Part shown: piece by piece, positions 19,603 through 29,459 of the stretch
Layout of the letters: every line of letters begins with the position of its first letter
How positions within the stretch are numbered: position 1 is the first letter of the stretch
Source: an uncultured Desulfobacteraceae bacterium
Lineage (GTDB): Bacteria; Desulfobacterota; Desulfobacteria; Desulfobacterales; Desulfosalsimonadaceae
Direction of reading: 5' to 3'
Assembly: GCA_964635265.1 (NCBI GenBank)
Contig: CAZWNV010000001.1
Span: forward strand, 1 to 53,039
DNA: 53,039 nt
Made by a program: the position numbers and the translations under genes
The notes under the pieces: generated by a model
What the model was told of the DNA's origin: nothing
Databases searched by the model: none
What the model saw: the letters and a program-made list of their open reading frames with translations, nothing else

Positions 19603-20622
19603 TCAAAACAGATTCATATTCGGCTGCGCCGCCATCTCCGGGGCACCGGCGGCGAAATCGCGTACAATACGTCGGATCTCACCGAAATCGGCGGCATTTA
19701 CCAGCCTTTTATGAAAGGCATGGCCGAAACGAAAAAACGCCGCCATGTACACCGAGGCTTTCCGGAAGCGCCGAAGCGCGGTGGCCAAATCGTAATGCGT
19801 TTGCAGCCGGTCGCAGAACAGTTCCATCATCGTGGCAAAAGCCTCCCGGCCGAAGGGCGTGGCGCTTGTCCATTCCGCGAAAATCCAGGGTTTGGCAACA
19901 GCCGCCCGGCCCAGAGCCACCCCGTCGCAGCCGGTATCAACAAGCATCCGTTCACAATCTGCAGCCGAAAACACATTGCCGTTTCCAAATACCGGCACAG
20001 AAACCGCCTGCTTCACAGCCGCGATATATTTCCACCGCGGCGGCCTGGCGCGGCGGTCCGGGGCCACCCGGGGATGAAAGGTAAGCGCATCCGCCCCGGC
20101 CGCTTCAAACTGCCTGGCCAGCGAGACGGCGGGCTCCGGCTGATCCTCCCAGCCGGTGCGGAACTTTACAAAAACCGGAAACGATACGGCCCGGCGAACA
20201 GCTTCGACAATATGCACGGCCCGGGCAGGGGTTTTCAGCAATGCGGCCCCGCTGTTGCGCTTGCAGATGCGGGCCACAGAACAGCCGAAATTCAAATCCA
20301 CCCCGAAAAACCCTTCCGCCTCGATCCTGCGGGCGGCTGCAGCCATCTCTTCGGCATCCGAGCCGAACACCTGGCATACCAGGCGGGAAAGCTCCTGCTC
20401 CCGCCAGGAAAACACCCGGGAAACCCGCGGATTCTCCTGGGGGATGCTTCTGGCGCTGCACATTCCGGTAAACATCAGGCCGCATCCGCCGTATGCCGCC
20501 AGGACCTCCCGGAAGGCCACATGGCCAAGCCCGCTCATGGGCGCAAGCGCTAGCCGGTTTTCAACGCGCCGGCCGCCGATGATCAAATGCCTGTTGATAA
20601 AATCTCGGGTTGCCAGTTGCAT
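19603..20622 (-). CDS. tRNA-dihydrouridine synthase
   Basis: LAPMSGLGHVAFRE and DLNFGCS blocks; FMN TIM-barrel Dus family; 339 aa. Confidence 0.87.
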   Translation of the reverse strand: MQLATRDFINRHLIIGGRRVENRLALAPMSGLGHVAFREVLAAYGGCGLMFTGMCSARSIPQENPRVSRVFSWREQELSRLVCQVFGSDAEEMAAAARRIEAEGFFGVDLNFGCSVARICKRNSGAALLKTPARAVHIVEAVRRAVSFPVFVKFRTGWEDQPEPAVSLARQFEAAGADALTFHPRVAPDRRARPPRWKYIAAVKQAVSVPVFGNGNVFSAADCERMLVDTGCDGVALGRAAVAKPWIFAEWTSATPFGREAFATMMELFCDRLQTHYDLATALRRFRKASVYMAAFFRFGHAFHKRLVNAADFGEIRRIVRDFAAGAPEMAAQPNMNLF

Positions 20623-20827
20623 ACGCAGATATTATAAGATTGCTGGCGAAGAAATCAAGCCGCCGGAGACGCCCGGGAAAAAACCTTGACTTCCCGGGCA
20701 CATCCATATTTAACCGGAACTGAGCGGTTCCAGTCGGGGAGCCCCTTGCTTGATTTCCCGGCAACGCGGCACGGTTCGGTTTCAATGGGCCATTTGCAAA
20801 AATCGGAAAATCCGGAGGAGATAACCA

Positions 20828-21649
20828 ATGCATTCCTACGAATTCTACGAAATCGTCAAAAAGCCCCCGATTGCATGGGTGTACCTGAATCGGCCGGAGA
20901 AAAAAAATGCCATGAATCCGCCCGCCTGGAAGGAAGCCCGGTCTGTCTTCCAGGAACTGGACGCGGACAAGGAAGTCCGGGTGGTGATTATCTGCGGCAG
21001 GGGGCCCTGCTTTTCCACAGGCATTGATCTGATCGGCATGACCGAAGAACTCTCCGAGCTCATGGAAGAAAAACAGAAAGGCGGCGTGAAATGGCGGCTG
21101 CTGCATAAAATCCGGCCTCTCCAGGACGCCATGAGCTGTATTGAATGGTGCAAAAAACCCGTCATTGCAGCTATTCACGGCTATTGTATCGGCGCCGGAC
21201 TAGACATGGCGACAGCCTGTGATATCCGCCTCTGCTCCCGGGATGCCAGCTTCTCCCTCAAGGAGGCGGCTGTCGGCTTTGTTGCGGATGTGGGCGTACT
21301 GCAGCGCGTTCCCCTCATTGTCGGCCAGGGCATTGCCCGCGAGCTAGCCTACACGGCAAAGTTGATCGACGCCGATCGGGCCAGGGATGTACTGCTCGTA
21401 AACGAGGTCTTCCCGGACTATGACGCCCTGATGGCCGGCGCCGAATCCCTGGCGGCCGAAATAGCTGAAAACTCCCCCCTTGCTGTTCAGGCGTCCAAGG
21501 ATGTATTGAACTACGGCATAGGCAAAAGCGTAGAGGAGGGCCTGCGCTACGTGGCTGCCATAAGCTCCAACATCATTCCCTCGGATGACCTTATGGAGGC
21601 CGTGGCTGCTTTCTCGGAAAAACGCAAGCCGGACTTCAAGGGGGAATAA
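20828..21649 (+). CDS. Enoyl-CoA hydratase/isomerase (crotonase) family protein
   Basis: LNRPEKKNAM, CFSTGIDL and AAIHGYCIGAGLDMATACDIR are crotonase-fold signatures. Confidence 0.88.
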   Translation: MHSYEFYEIVKKPPIAWVYLNRPEKKNAMNPPAWKEARSVFQELDADKEVRVVIICGRGPCFSTGIDLIGMTEELSELMEEKQKGGVKWRLLHKIRPLQDAMSCIEWCKKPVIAAIHGYCIGAGLDMATACDIRLCSRDASFSLKEAAVGFVADVGVLQRVPLIVGQGIARELAYTAKLIDADRARDVLLVNEVFPDYDALMAGAESLAAEIAENSPLAVQASKDVLNYGIGKSVEEGLRYVAAISSNIIPSDDLMEAVAAFSEKRKPDFKGE

Positions 21650-21662
21650 GGCGAAAGAAGGG

Positions 21663-23009
21663 ATGCTTACGGGGACACGGGTATACATCAACACCCTGGG
21701 CTGCGCCAGAAACCTGGTCGACAGCGAGGTCATGGCCGCAGCCCTGCAGCGCTCCGGCTGCCGGCTTACGCAGGATCCGGCCGAAGCCGGGGTCATTGTC
21801 GTCAACACCTGCAGCTTCATCGGGGATGCCATCAAAGAATCCATCGATACCATTCTCGAACTGGCCGGGTACAAAACAGGCGGGCACTGCAGGTGTTTCA
21901 TCGTTGCCGGCTGCCTGCCGCAGCGGTTCGGCCCCGCCATTGCGGAAGCCCTGCCGGAGGTGGATGTGTTTCTGGGCACGGGGGCCCTCGATCAGATTGT
22001 GCAGGCGGTCGCGGGCGAATTCACCCAAGGCGGCTGCATCCTCCCGGAGCCGGCCGCACTTTCCCTGCCAACGCATCAATCCGGCCGCAAACCCTCCACC
22101 TATCCCATGGCCTACCTGAAAATCGGCGAGGGCTGCAACCGGCACTGCACCTACTGCATCATTCCCAAGCTCCGGGGTCGCTTGCGCAGCCGCGCGGCCG
22201 CAGACATTGTGGCCGAAGCGGAAACGCTGTATGCGGAAGGCATGAAAGAGGTCGTGCTCATCGCCCAGGACACCTCAGCTTACGGCCAGGATCTCGAAAC
22301 GGGGGAGAACCTTGCCCGTCTTCTCGACAAACTCGCCCGGCGGGCTGCGGCGGCAGGCGACTGCAGGCTCCGCTTTCTCTATGGATCCCCGGATCATACC
22401 ACTGCCGAACTTATTCGCACGATTGCCGAACACCCCAATATAGCGCCCTATTTCGACCTGCCGGTACAGCACGTGAGCAACAGTCTTCTGCGGCGCATGG
22501 GGCGCAGCTACCGCAGCAGCGATCTGCTTTCCCTGTTTGCCGATATCCGGCGCGCCATCCCTGCGGCAACGCTTCGGACCACCCTGCTCGTGGGCTTTCC
22601 GGGAGAAACGGAGGCGGAATTCCAGGAGCTTCTCGACTTTGTCAAGGAAGTGGAGTTCGACCATTTGGGCGTTTTTGCTTACTCTGATGCCGAGGATCTG
22701 GCCTCGCACCACCTGCCCGGCCATGTGCCGGAGGAGGTCGCCGCTCGGCGCTGCGAGCAGTTGATGGAGCAACAGGCGCAGATATCACGCCGAAAAAATC
22801 AAAACCGCGTGGGAGAAGTCGTTTCGGCGCTGGTCGAGGACTTTGTGGACCCGGAGCTCTATATCGGCCGGACCCCGTTTCAGGCCCCGGAAGTTGACGG
22901 CGTGACCTATATCGCCTCTCCGGGTCTCGCCGTTGGAGACTTTGTTGCCACACGCATCAGCGAAGCCTATGCCTACGACCTCAAAGGAGAAGCCATATGG
23001 CCGGCTTGA
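21663..23009 (+). CDS. rimO: Ribosomal protein S12 methylthiotransferase RimO
   Basis: N-terminal MTTase block VYINTLGCARNLVDSE, radical-SAM CNRHCTYC, and a C-terminal TRAM-like domain. Start set at ATG 21663, clearing the overlap with the crotonase gene. Confidence 0.9.
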   Translation: MLTGTRVYINTLGCARNLVDSEVMAAALQRSGCRLTQDPAEAGVIVVNTCSFIGDAIKESIDTILELAGYKTGGHCRCFIVAGCLPQRFGPAIAEALPEVDVFLGTGALDQIVQAVAGEFTQGGCILPEPAALSLPTHQSGRKPSTYPMAYLKIGEGCNRHCTYCIIPKLRGRLRSRAAADIVAEAETLYAEGMKEVVLIAQDTSAYGQDLETGENLARLLDKLARRAAAAGDCRLRFLYGSPDHTTAELIRTIAEHPNIAPYFDLPVQHVSNSLLRRMGRSYRSSDLLSLFADIRRAIPAATLRTTLLVGFPGETEAEFQELLDFVKEVEFDHLGVFAYSDAEDLASHHLPGHVPEEVAARRCEQLMEQQAQISRRKNQNRVGEVVSALVEDFVDPELYIGRTPFQAPEVDGVTYIASPGLAVGDFVATRISEAYAYDLKGEAIWPA

Positions 23010-23977
23010 AAAACCAACTGATCTCGCGCGTAGAACCGGACCTGCAAAATATTGAAGCCGCACTGCAGGAAAACCTGCGCCCCCATCTGGAGCTGATTTC
23101 CGAAGCGGCCGGGCACCTGATTTTCAGCGGCGGCAAACGCCTGCGTCCCTTGCTCAACATCCTCTGCGCAAGGCTTTGCAACTATGATGACCCATTTGTC
23201 ACGGAGTTCTCCACCATTATTGAGTTTCTTCACACCGCCACCCTGCTCCATGACGATGTTGTCGACGGAGCCACGCTGCGACGGGGAAAACCGGTGACCC
23301 ACTCCCTTTTCGGCGCTCCGGTGACCGTACTCGTTGGCGATTTCCTGCTGGCCCGCGCCCTCTCCATTGCAGCCCGCACCCGGAACCCCAAAATTATCCG
23401 CATTATCTCGGAAATTACTGAGCACATGTGCCAGGGAGAGATTCAACAACTGAGCCGCAAAGGCGACATCAACCTGCAGGAATCCGATTACATGGAAGTC
23501 ATCCGCTGCAAAACCGGCTACCTCATTCAGGGGGCCTGCCAGACCGGCGCCATCCTGGCTGGCGCGGAAGAGGAGACGGAGAAGCAGCTCTCCGATTATG
23601 GTTACCACATCGGGATTGTATTTCAGATCGCCGATGACCTGCTGGATTATACGGCTGATACCAGCACCCTGGGCAAGGCTGTCGGGGCGGACCTGCGGGA
23701 AGGCAAACTCACCCTGCCGGTCATCCGGGCCTTGAATCAGGCTGACGGGGATGTGCGCGCAGAAATGACTGCAATCATAACGAAAGAGGATTTTTCCCCG
23801 GCGGAATTCCACCATCTTGTAAAAATGATTGATGCCCATGGCGGTATTGCGTATGCTCGGGAAGTGGCGGCGGAGCACGTCCAGGCAGCCAAAACGATTA
23901 TGGAGGGTTTTCCGCCGTCTGAGAGCAGGGAGCTTTTGTCCCTGATTGCCGATTACGCACTGCACAGAAGCGCATAG
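22997..23977 (+). CDS. Polyprenyl diphosphate synthase (long-chain, hepta/octaprenyl type)
   Basis: First and second Asp-rich motifs, LLHDDVVD and FQIADDLLDY. The start overlaps the rimO end by 13 nt. Confidence 0.9.
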   Translation: MAGLKNQLISRVEPDLQNIEAALQENLRPHLELISEAAGHLIFSGGKRLRPLLNILCARLCNYDDPFVTEFSTIIEFLHTATLLHDDVVDGATLRRGKPVTHSLFGAPVTVLVGDFLLARALSIAARTRNPKIIRIISEITEHMCQGEIQQLSRKGDINLQESDYMEVIRCKTGYLIQGACQTGAILAGAEEETEKQLSDYGYHIGIVFQIADDLLDYTADTSTLGKAVGADLREGKLTLPVIRALNQADGDVRAEMTAIITKEDFSPAEFHHLVKMIDAHGGIAYAREVAAEHVQAAKTIMEGFPPSESRELLSLIADYALHRSA

Positions 23978-24016
23978 GCGCCCGGGAAAAGAACAGCCTG
24001 TAGCGGAGGAGGAAAA

Positions 24017-25267
24017 ATGGCAGGGCCAAGCTTTTCGAAACCTTTCTGGATAAGGGCTGCCGCCCCCATTGCTGCGGCTATGCTCCTCGTCTGCACCAGC
24101 GTTTCCATCGCCGCAGCTGCAGACAAAAGAGTCTCCGTTATCGGCTCGAGCCAGATCTACAATGACGTAAGCAATGCAAGGGATGCGGCGCTTGCCGAGG
24201 GGCTGCTCTCGGCCGTGGAAACGGTGGCCCTGGAGCTGATCCCGCAGCAGAACCTGAAAGCCGATTTTGCCACCATAAGCCGGGCGCTTTATGAAAACAG
24301 AAAGGATATCACCCGTAATTACCAGGTGCTCAAAGAGGTGCATACCGGCGATTACTACTGTCTGCTGATTCGGGCTACGGTTTCCGAAGACAGGATCCGA
24401 GCCCTGCTTGAGGATATGCAGGTCTCCATAACGCCTGAGGGACTGCCGCGTGTTCTGCTGCTGATCGCGGAAAAACGGGCCGGGAGGACCTCTTATGATT
24501 CCCGTTCTGATTCATGGGAGCATCCCCCGGATGCCCCCGCTGCCCGCAATACAACGGAGCAGGCAATTCGGAACGTCCTGAAGAAACAGGGTTACCCCCT
24601 TGTCTCCGCCAGCAAGCTTGACAGGGACGAATTCCGGAGGGCGGCAGATGCCGGAGCTGCGCTGCAAACAAAAGAAGCCCGCCGTTTGGGGAAACTGGCG
24701 GATGCGGAAGTGGTCGTTTTCGGTACCTCGCAGGCAGGGGAGACGCAAAACCGTCTGCGGGGAGAGGCCAAAACCTTTCAGGCTTCCGTTGCCCTGACCG
24801 CGACCGGGGTGGAGACGCAAAAGACGCTTGTCTCGGTCGAAGAGCTGGGCAAATCCACCGGCCGGGATATTGCCGAAGGCAGCCGTACGGCTCTCACGGA
24901 AGCGGGCACTCGGGCAGGCTCCATACTGGCCGAGCGCATTGCTCCCGCCTGGCGGGAACTGCTGCGGCAGCGGGATGCCCTGGAAATCCACGTAAAGGGC
25001 AAAAAAAATTTTCTCAAGCATCTGGTCCGGCTGCGGCAAGCCATTCGCGGCATCGAGGGGGTTTCCGATCTCCAGATGCGCCGGCGCAGCCGCAACCAGG
25101 CCCTGATGAGCCTTCGCTACGAGGGAAGCAGCCGCGGCCTTGCGGACAAAATTGTGTTAAGCACATTCGAGGACTTCGGCATTAACATCTACGAAGTAAA
25201 CGAAGATCGACTCCGGATCGAACTGCTCACAACAAACCGCTCCATTACGGAGACCGATCTCCAGTAA
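24017..25267 (+). CDS. Secreted/periplasmic protein of unknown function
   Basis: 416-aa ORF with a good RBS (GGAGGAGG) and a signal-peptide-like N-terminus (AAPIAAAMLLVCTSVSIAAAAD). I recognised no catalytic motif. Confidence 0.65.
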   Translation: MAGPSFSKPFWIRAAAPIAAAMLLVCTSVSIAAAADKRVSVIGSSQIYNDVSNARDAALAEGLLSAVETVALELIPQQNLKADFATISRALYENRKDITRNYQVLKEVHTGDYYCLLIRATVSEDRIRALLEDMQVSITPEGLPRVLLLIAEKRAGRTSYDSRSDSWEHPPDAPAARNTTEQAIRNVLKKQGYPLVSASKLDRDEFRRAADAGAALQTKEARRLGKLADAEVVVFGTSQAGETQNRLRGEAKTFQASVALTATGVETQKTLVSVEELGKSTGRDIAEGSRTALTEAGTRAGSILAERIAPAWRELLRQRDALEIHVKGKKNFLKHLVRLRQAIRGIEGVSDLQMRRRSRNQALMSLRYEGSSRGLADKIVLSTFEDFGINIYEVNEDRLRIELLTTNRSITETDLQ

Positions 25268-25287
25268 AAAACGGCTGTCGAGCACTG

Positions 25288-26157
25288 ATGCTGGAATATA
25301 GCTTTGCCCACTGCAAGGGAATCGGTACCAGGGCGGAAAGAGCCCTCTGGCGGGCCGGAATCGAAACCTGGGAGGATTTTCTGCTGGCCGCGGACAACAA
25401 CCCGGCAAAGATTCCGCTGTCCGGGGCGAAAATCCGGCAGCTCTATCGCCATCTCCAGTATTCGCACCAAGCGCTCGAAACAGGGGATCATCAATATTTT
25501 TCCGGCCTTCTTCCGCCGGCCGAACACTGGCGGCTTTTCCGGGATTTCCGGCGGACAGCGGCGTATGTGGATATTGAAACCACAGGCCTTGGCCGCGGGG
25601 ACGACGAGATCACCACGATTGCCCTGTACGACGGCAAAACCATCCGCTCCTATGTAAACGGCCGGAACCTGGAGACCTTCCCCGATGATCTGCAGGCCTA
25701 TGATCTGCTCATCACCTATAACGGCAAGTGCTTTGATATCCCCTTCATGGCGGAGTTCTTTCAGACCCGTTTTGCCCATTCCCACATTGATCTGCGCTAC
25801 GTGCTGAAAAGCCTGGGCTTTGGCGGCGGACTAAAGGGCTGTGAGAAGCAGTTCGGTTTGGACCGGGGCGGACTCGACGGTGTGGACGGCTATTTCGCCG
25901 TACTCCTGTGGCAGCATTATCAACAAAACAGCCAGTCCAATGCCCTGGAAACGCTGCTTGCCTATAACATCGAAGACGTGGTGAACCTGGAACATCTCAT
26001 GCACCAGGCCTACAATCAGAAAACGCGGCATATGCCGTTTGCCTCCCGGCTCGCGCTTGCCGTACCCCCAAGACCCCGCGTGCCTTTCTCCCCGGACACC
26101 GCCCTTGTCGGACAAATTCTGCAGCGGATGCGGAAAAACCATCCCAGCCGGTATTGA
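25288..26157 (+). CDS. RNase H-like (YprB-type) predicted 3'-5' exonuclease domain protein
   Basis: AYVDIETTGL, ITYNGKCFDIPF and AYNIEDV form a DEDD-like exonuclease pattern typical of the YprB/COG3359 family. Confidence 0.75.
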   Translation: MLEYSFAHCKGIGTRAERALWRAGIETWEDFLLAADNNPAKIPLSGAKIRQLYRHLQYSHQALETGDHQYFSGLLPPAEHWRLFRDFRRTAAYVDIETTGLGRGDDEITTIALYDGKTIRSYVNGRNLETFPDDLQAYDLLITYNGKCFDIPFMAEFFQTRFAHSHIDLRYVLKSLGFGGGLKGCEKQFGLDRGGLDGVDGYFAVLLWQHYQQNSQSNALETLLAYNIEDVVNLEHLMHQAYNQKTRHMPFASRLALAVPPRPRVPFSPDTALVGQILQRMRKNHPSRY

Positions 26158-26279
26158 TCCCGGCGGCCCGGATTTTTATACTATTGACAGAGCCCCCCGG
26201 GCCAAGCGTCCGGAATCGCGATTGGAAACAAACAAGATTTGCCGTATATGCAAAGGCATATACAAACAAGGAGGTCTCT

Positions 26280-26732
26280 ATGAAACTGAGCAGCCCGGCA
26301 TTCGCAGAGCAGGAAAAAATTCCCTCCCGCTACACCTGCGACGGGGACAACATCAGTCCGCAGATCCACATTGAAGACGTCCCGCAGCAGGCCCAAAGCC
26401 TGGTGCTTATCATGGATGATCCGGATGTGCCCGAGCATATCCGGCAGGACGGCATGTGGGATCACTGGGTGGTCTTTGACATCCCGCCCGACGTTCGCGA
26501 AATCCCGGAAGCCACCGAACCCCCGGGAACCCCGGGGCTGGGAACCCACGGCGGAACCGGCTATTTCGGGCCCTGCCCTCCGGACCGCGAACACCGGTAT
26601 TTTTTCAAGGTCTACGCCTTGGACGACAAACTGGGCCTGCCGGAAAAAACAGACAAGAAAAGCGTGGAAGAGGCCATGAAGGGCCGCATCCTCGATCAGG
26701 CAGAACTCATGGGCCTCTACGAACGGATATAA
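26280..26732 (+). CDS. YbhB/YbcL family Raf-kinase-inhibitor-like (PEBP) protein
   Basis: IMDDPDVP and GPCPPDREHRYFFKVYALD signatures. Start set at the ATG preceded by AAGGAGG. Confidence 0.88.
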   Translation: MKLSSPAFAEQEKIPSRYTCDGDNISPQIHIEDVPQQAQSLVLIMDDPDVPEHIRQDGMWDHWVVFDIPPDVREIPEATEPPGTPGLGTHGGTGYFGPCPPDREHRYFFKVYALDDKLGLPEKTDKKSVEEAMKGRILDQAELMGLYERI

Positions 26733-26736
26733 AAGA

Positions 26737-26780
26737 AACAGCGGGCGCGCAGCAGCCAATGGGCGCTGCCGCCCGCTGTT
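26737..26780. terminator. GC-rich hairpin between convergent PEBP and sucrose synthase genes
   Basis: AACAGCGGGCG...CGCCCGCTGTT is an 11-bp outer stem with additional inner pairing. It is flanked by an A-run on one side. It may act in both directions, but the U-tracts are weak. Confidence 0.5.
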
Positions 26781-26807
26781 AGCGGGCTTTCCCCGGGCAG
26801 CGGGACT

Positions 26808-29228
26808 TTAGGCATCTGCGACGCTGCCGCCGGCAATCTGCTGCGCGCGGGGCTTGAGGAAAAGGTGGTAGAGGAGCTCACAGTAGCGGTCCATCTTGAT
26901 CATTCCCTCCTGCGACTCGGAATAGCGCCAGAAGCCGTAGAGCTTGGTCAGCCGGATCAATTTTTCACTGTAGAGGCGCCAGGTGAACTTCTCCCGTACC
27001 CGGGCCATGCTGTTTTCCGAAATCTGCTGCCAGCAGTTTGCATCCATTTCACAGTCCTTTACAAAATCCCATAAAACATCGGCGATAAGGCTCGGCTTGC
27101 TGGTATTCATCAAAAAACCGCTTTCGCCGTCAATGATGATCTCCGAAGGCCCCCCGAATATGGGGCCGAAGGTGGGGAGCCCGCACTGCATGGCCTCCAG
27201 CACGGTCAGACCGAAAGCCTCAAAAAGGGCGGGCTGGACAAACATCCCCCTGCGGTCGGCGAAAATGCGGTAGACCTCGCCGGTCTCCTCCTTGGGCACG
27301 CTGGGCAGCCAGCGGATATGACCGTGGAGCCCGTAGGTGCCGATAAGGTCATACATGCGCTGAATCTCGCCGCGCTCCTCATTGTCCGCTGATTCCGCCA
27401 TATGAATGGTGCCTGCCGCCACAATGAGATTGCAGTACTTGCGAAGTTCCGGGTGCTGACCGAATGCCTCCACCAGTCCGGTGATATTCTTGATGCGGTC
27501 GAGCCGGGCCATGGTAAAGACAGGGATCTGCTCCGGCTCCTCGAGGTAGCCGTAGATGTCTTCGGATTCCTCCTCGAACAGGCGTTTCTGCCAGTACCTG
27601 GTTCTGCTTTCCGGACGCTTTTGCTTGTCATGATAGGGGAAATAATTGGATTCATCCACCCCGGGGGGAACCACGTTAAACTTGGGATTGAACAGATTGA
27701 TCCCGCATACCACCTGGTAGAGACCGGGCATGGTGTAGAACTGGTAGGATTCATACTGGCCGAAGCGGTTTTCCGTGCCCGCGATTTCCTGATAGGTGCT
27801 GGTAATAATGAAATCGGATTTGTTCATGGCGATCAGGTCCGCGGTAAACTGGCAGGAAAAATGGTACTCGGATTCCAGGTCGCTCCAGTACAGATCCGAA
27901 AACAGGTACTTGGTCTTCTCCAGGGCATGGGCGATGGTGCACTGGATGACGTCCATGCGGTCAGAGAGCAGCGTTGCCACGAGGTTTCCGTCCGAATAAT
28001 TGCCGATGATCAAATCCGGGCGCCCCTGGAACTCCGCCAGCAACTCGCGCTCGGCATCCACCGCAAAACGATCGAGATAGGGCCAGATCCGAAACCGCGA
28101 AATCCAGTCCTGCACCTGCCCCTCGGCTTCGTCATAGAAAGGGATGCGCAGGATATAGGAATTGCGGGTGCCGATGATGTCCTCTTTGGGCTGGTTGCAG
28201 GAAGTGTTGCCGGCGTTGGGAATAAGCCTGGTAACCACGATCACCCTTGGCGTGACATCAATTCCGGCCAGCGCAAACTCGTTCTGCAGATGCGCCTCCA
28301 GGGCGCGGACCTGATCGAGTATATAAATCACCTGGCCGCCCGTATCCGGCTTTCCCAGCACGTTTTCCTGGCCGAACCAGCCGTGCGGGGAAATCACGGC
28401 CACCTTGGAGATCATGGGGACCCGGGAAATAAACGCTTCCAGACCGGAGCTGCTGGGTTCGTGGAACAGATCGTACAACAGCTGCATGGTCTCCAGGATA
28501 CGCCCGGCATTTTTCCCCCATCCCGGCTCAAACCCCCGGCTTTTGAGCTGCGGCTCCAGGCTGCTGTAAGGGGTTTCCGGATCCAGCCGCTCCAGGTCCT
28601 CGATCATTTCCTCAAGGGCCCCCAAAAAGTCCTCCATCACGTTCAGGATCGCCGCGTTTACCAGGAGCTGCTGGCCGTTGATCCGGTGGAGCCGGAGAAA
28701 GGCAAACATCTTGTTGCCCCACTGCGCCGCGTTTTGAAACATGCTGCTGGACATGTGCTTATTCAAAAAACTGATGCCGTTGCCCACGTTTTTCACGTCC
28801 CGGATTTCCGGGGAATAATCATAAAAAGGCCGAAAATCAATTTCCAGCGTGTTCTTGTTGGCTGCGGCCCGGTTTCCCAGCACATAGGCGTCCTTGTAGT
28901 CCAGATACCGGCTGACCGAGATCTCCTCCATGTAATCGCAGGAGGGGGCACAGCGGTATATCCGGTACCGGGCCATGGTATGCCGGTAGAGAAACAGAAT
29001 GATGTTTTCCAAAAACAGCATTTCCGGCGTCTTGTTCAGGAATCTGGCAATAGCGGAATTTTGGGTGAATTCATGCCCCTTTTCATTATCCCGGCACCAC
29101 TGCAGCCATCTCAGCCAGATATCATTGCGCAGAAAATACTGCATACCGGTACTTTTCAAAACAAAAACAAAATCGGCAAAATCCCGCTGCTCTGACTCCG
29201 GTATCAGCTTGGTCATGACGCATTCCAC
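26808..29228 (-). CDS. Sucrose synthase (GT4, NDP-glucose:fructose glucosyltransferase)
   Basis: About 800 aa with long blocks matching plant and cyanobacterial SuSy: GFEPGWGKNAGRILETMQLLYDL, ISPHGWFGQENVLGKPDTGGQVIYILDQVRALE, VTRLIPNAGNTSC. Start set at GTG 29228, 6 nt after AAAGGAG. ATG 29264 and ATG 29216 are alternatives. Confidence 0.9.
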   Translation of the reverse strand: MECVMTKLIPESEQRDFADFVFVLKSTGMQYFLRNDIWLRWLQWCRDNEKGHEFTQNSAIARFLNKTPEMLFLENIILFLYRHTMARYRIYRCAPSCDYMEEISVSRYLDYKDAYVLGNRAAANKNTLEIDFRPFYDYSPEIRDVKNVGNGISFLNKHMSSSMFQNAAQWGNKMFAFLRLHRINGQQLLVNAAILNVMEDFLGALEEMIEDLERLDPETPYSSLEPQLKSRGFEPGWGKNAGRILETMQLLYDLFHEPSSSGLEAFISRVPMISKVAVISPHGWFGQENVLGKPDTGGQVIYILDQVRALEAHLQNEFALAGIDVTPRVIVVTRLIPNAGNTSCNQPKEDIIGTRNSYILRIPFYDEAEGQVQDWISRFRIWPYLDRFAVDAERELLAEFQGRPDLIIGNYSDGNLVATLLSDRMDVIQCTIAHALEKTKYLFSDLYWSDLESEYHFSCQFTADLIAMNKSDFIITSTYQEIAGTENRFGQYESYQFYTMPGLYQVVCGINLFNPKFNVVPPGVDESNYFPYHDKQKRPESRTRYWQKRLFEEESEDIYGYLEEPEQIPVFTMARLDRIKNITGLVEAFGQHPELRKYCNLIVAAGTIHMAESADNEERGEIQRMYDLIGTYGLHGHIRWLPSVPKEETGEVYRIFADRRGMFVQPALFEAFGLTVLEAMQCGLPTFGPIFGGPSEIIIDGESGFLMNTSKPSLIADVLWDFVKDCEMDANCWQQISENSMARVREKFTWRLYSEKLIRLTKLYGFWRYSESQEGMIKMDRYCELLYHLFLKPRAQQIAGGSVADA

Positions 29229-29371
29229 AATGGACTCCTTTCTTCTTACAGCAAGGCGTTGCATCGCTTCCGGATGCTTTTCAGCCTTAATCCGATACCG
29301 AGGCGCAAGTCAAGATCGAAAAATTTTTCCGACGCCCTGCCGCCCCCTGCATTTCCCCATCGACCTGCCCA

Positions 29372-29400
29372 TTGACAGGATTTAATCAAAGCCTTAAGGT
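29372..29400 (+). promoter_or_regulatory. Putative sigma70 promoter for the ferredoxin gene
   Basis: TTGACA - 17 nt - TAAGGT, about 60 nt upstream of the ferredoxin ATG. Confidence 0.4.
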
Positions 29401-29459
29401 GCATGTAAAAGACCGCATCACTGGGAAGCGGTCATCCATCAACAGGAAAGGGGGCCATA

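Noticed and set aside
20623-20827. Sigma54 (-24/-12) promoter candidates in the dus/crotonase divergent region
   Set aside because: GGCACGGTTCGGTTTC lacks the -12 GC. GGGCCATTTGCA has the wrong GG-to-GC spacing. Only a weak sigma70-like TTGACT was seen, so nothing is reported.
27402-29195. 597-aa plus-strand ORF
   Set aside because: It is fully antisense to sucrose synthase, whose identity is unambiguous. Its composition is that of a shadow ORF.
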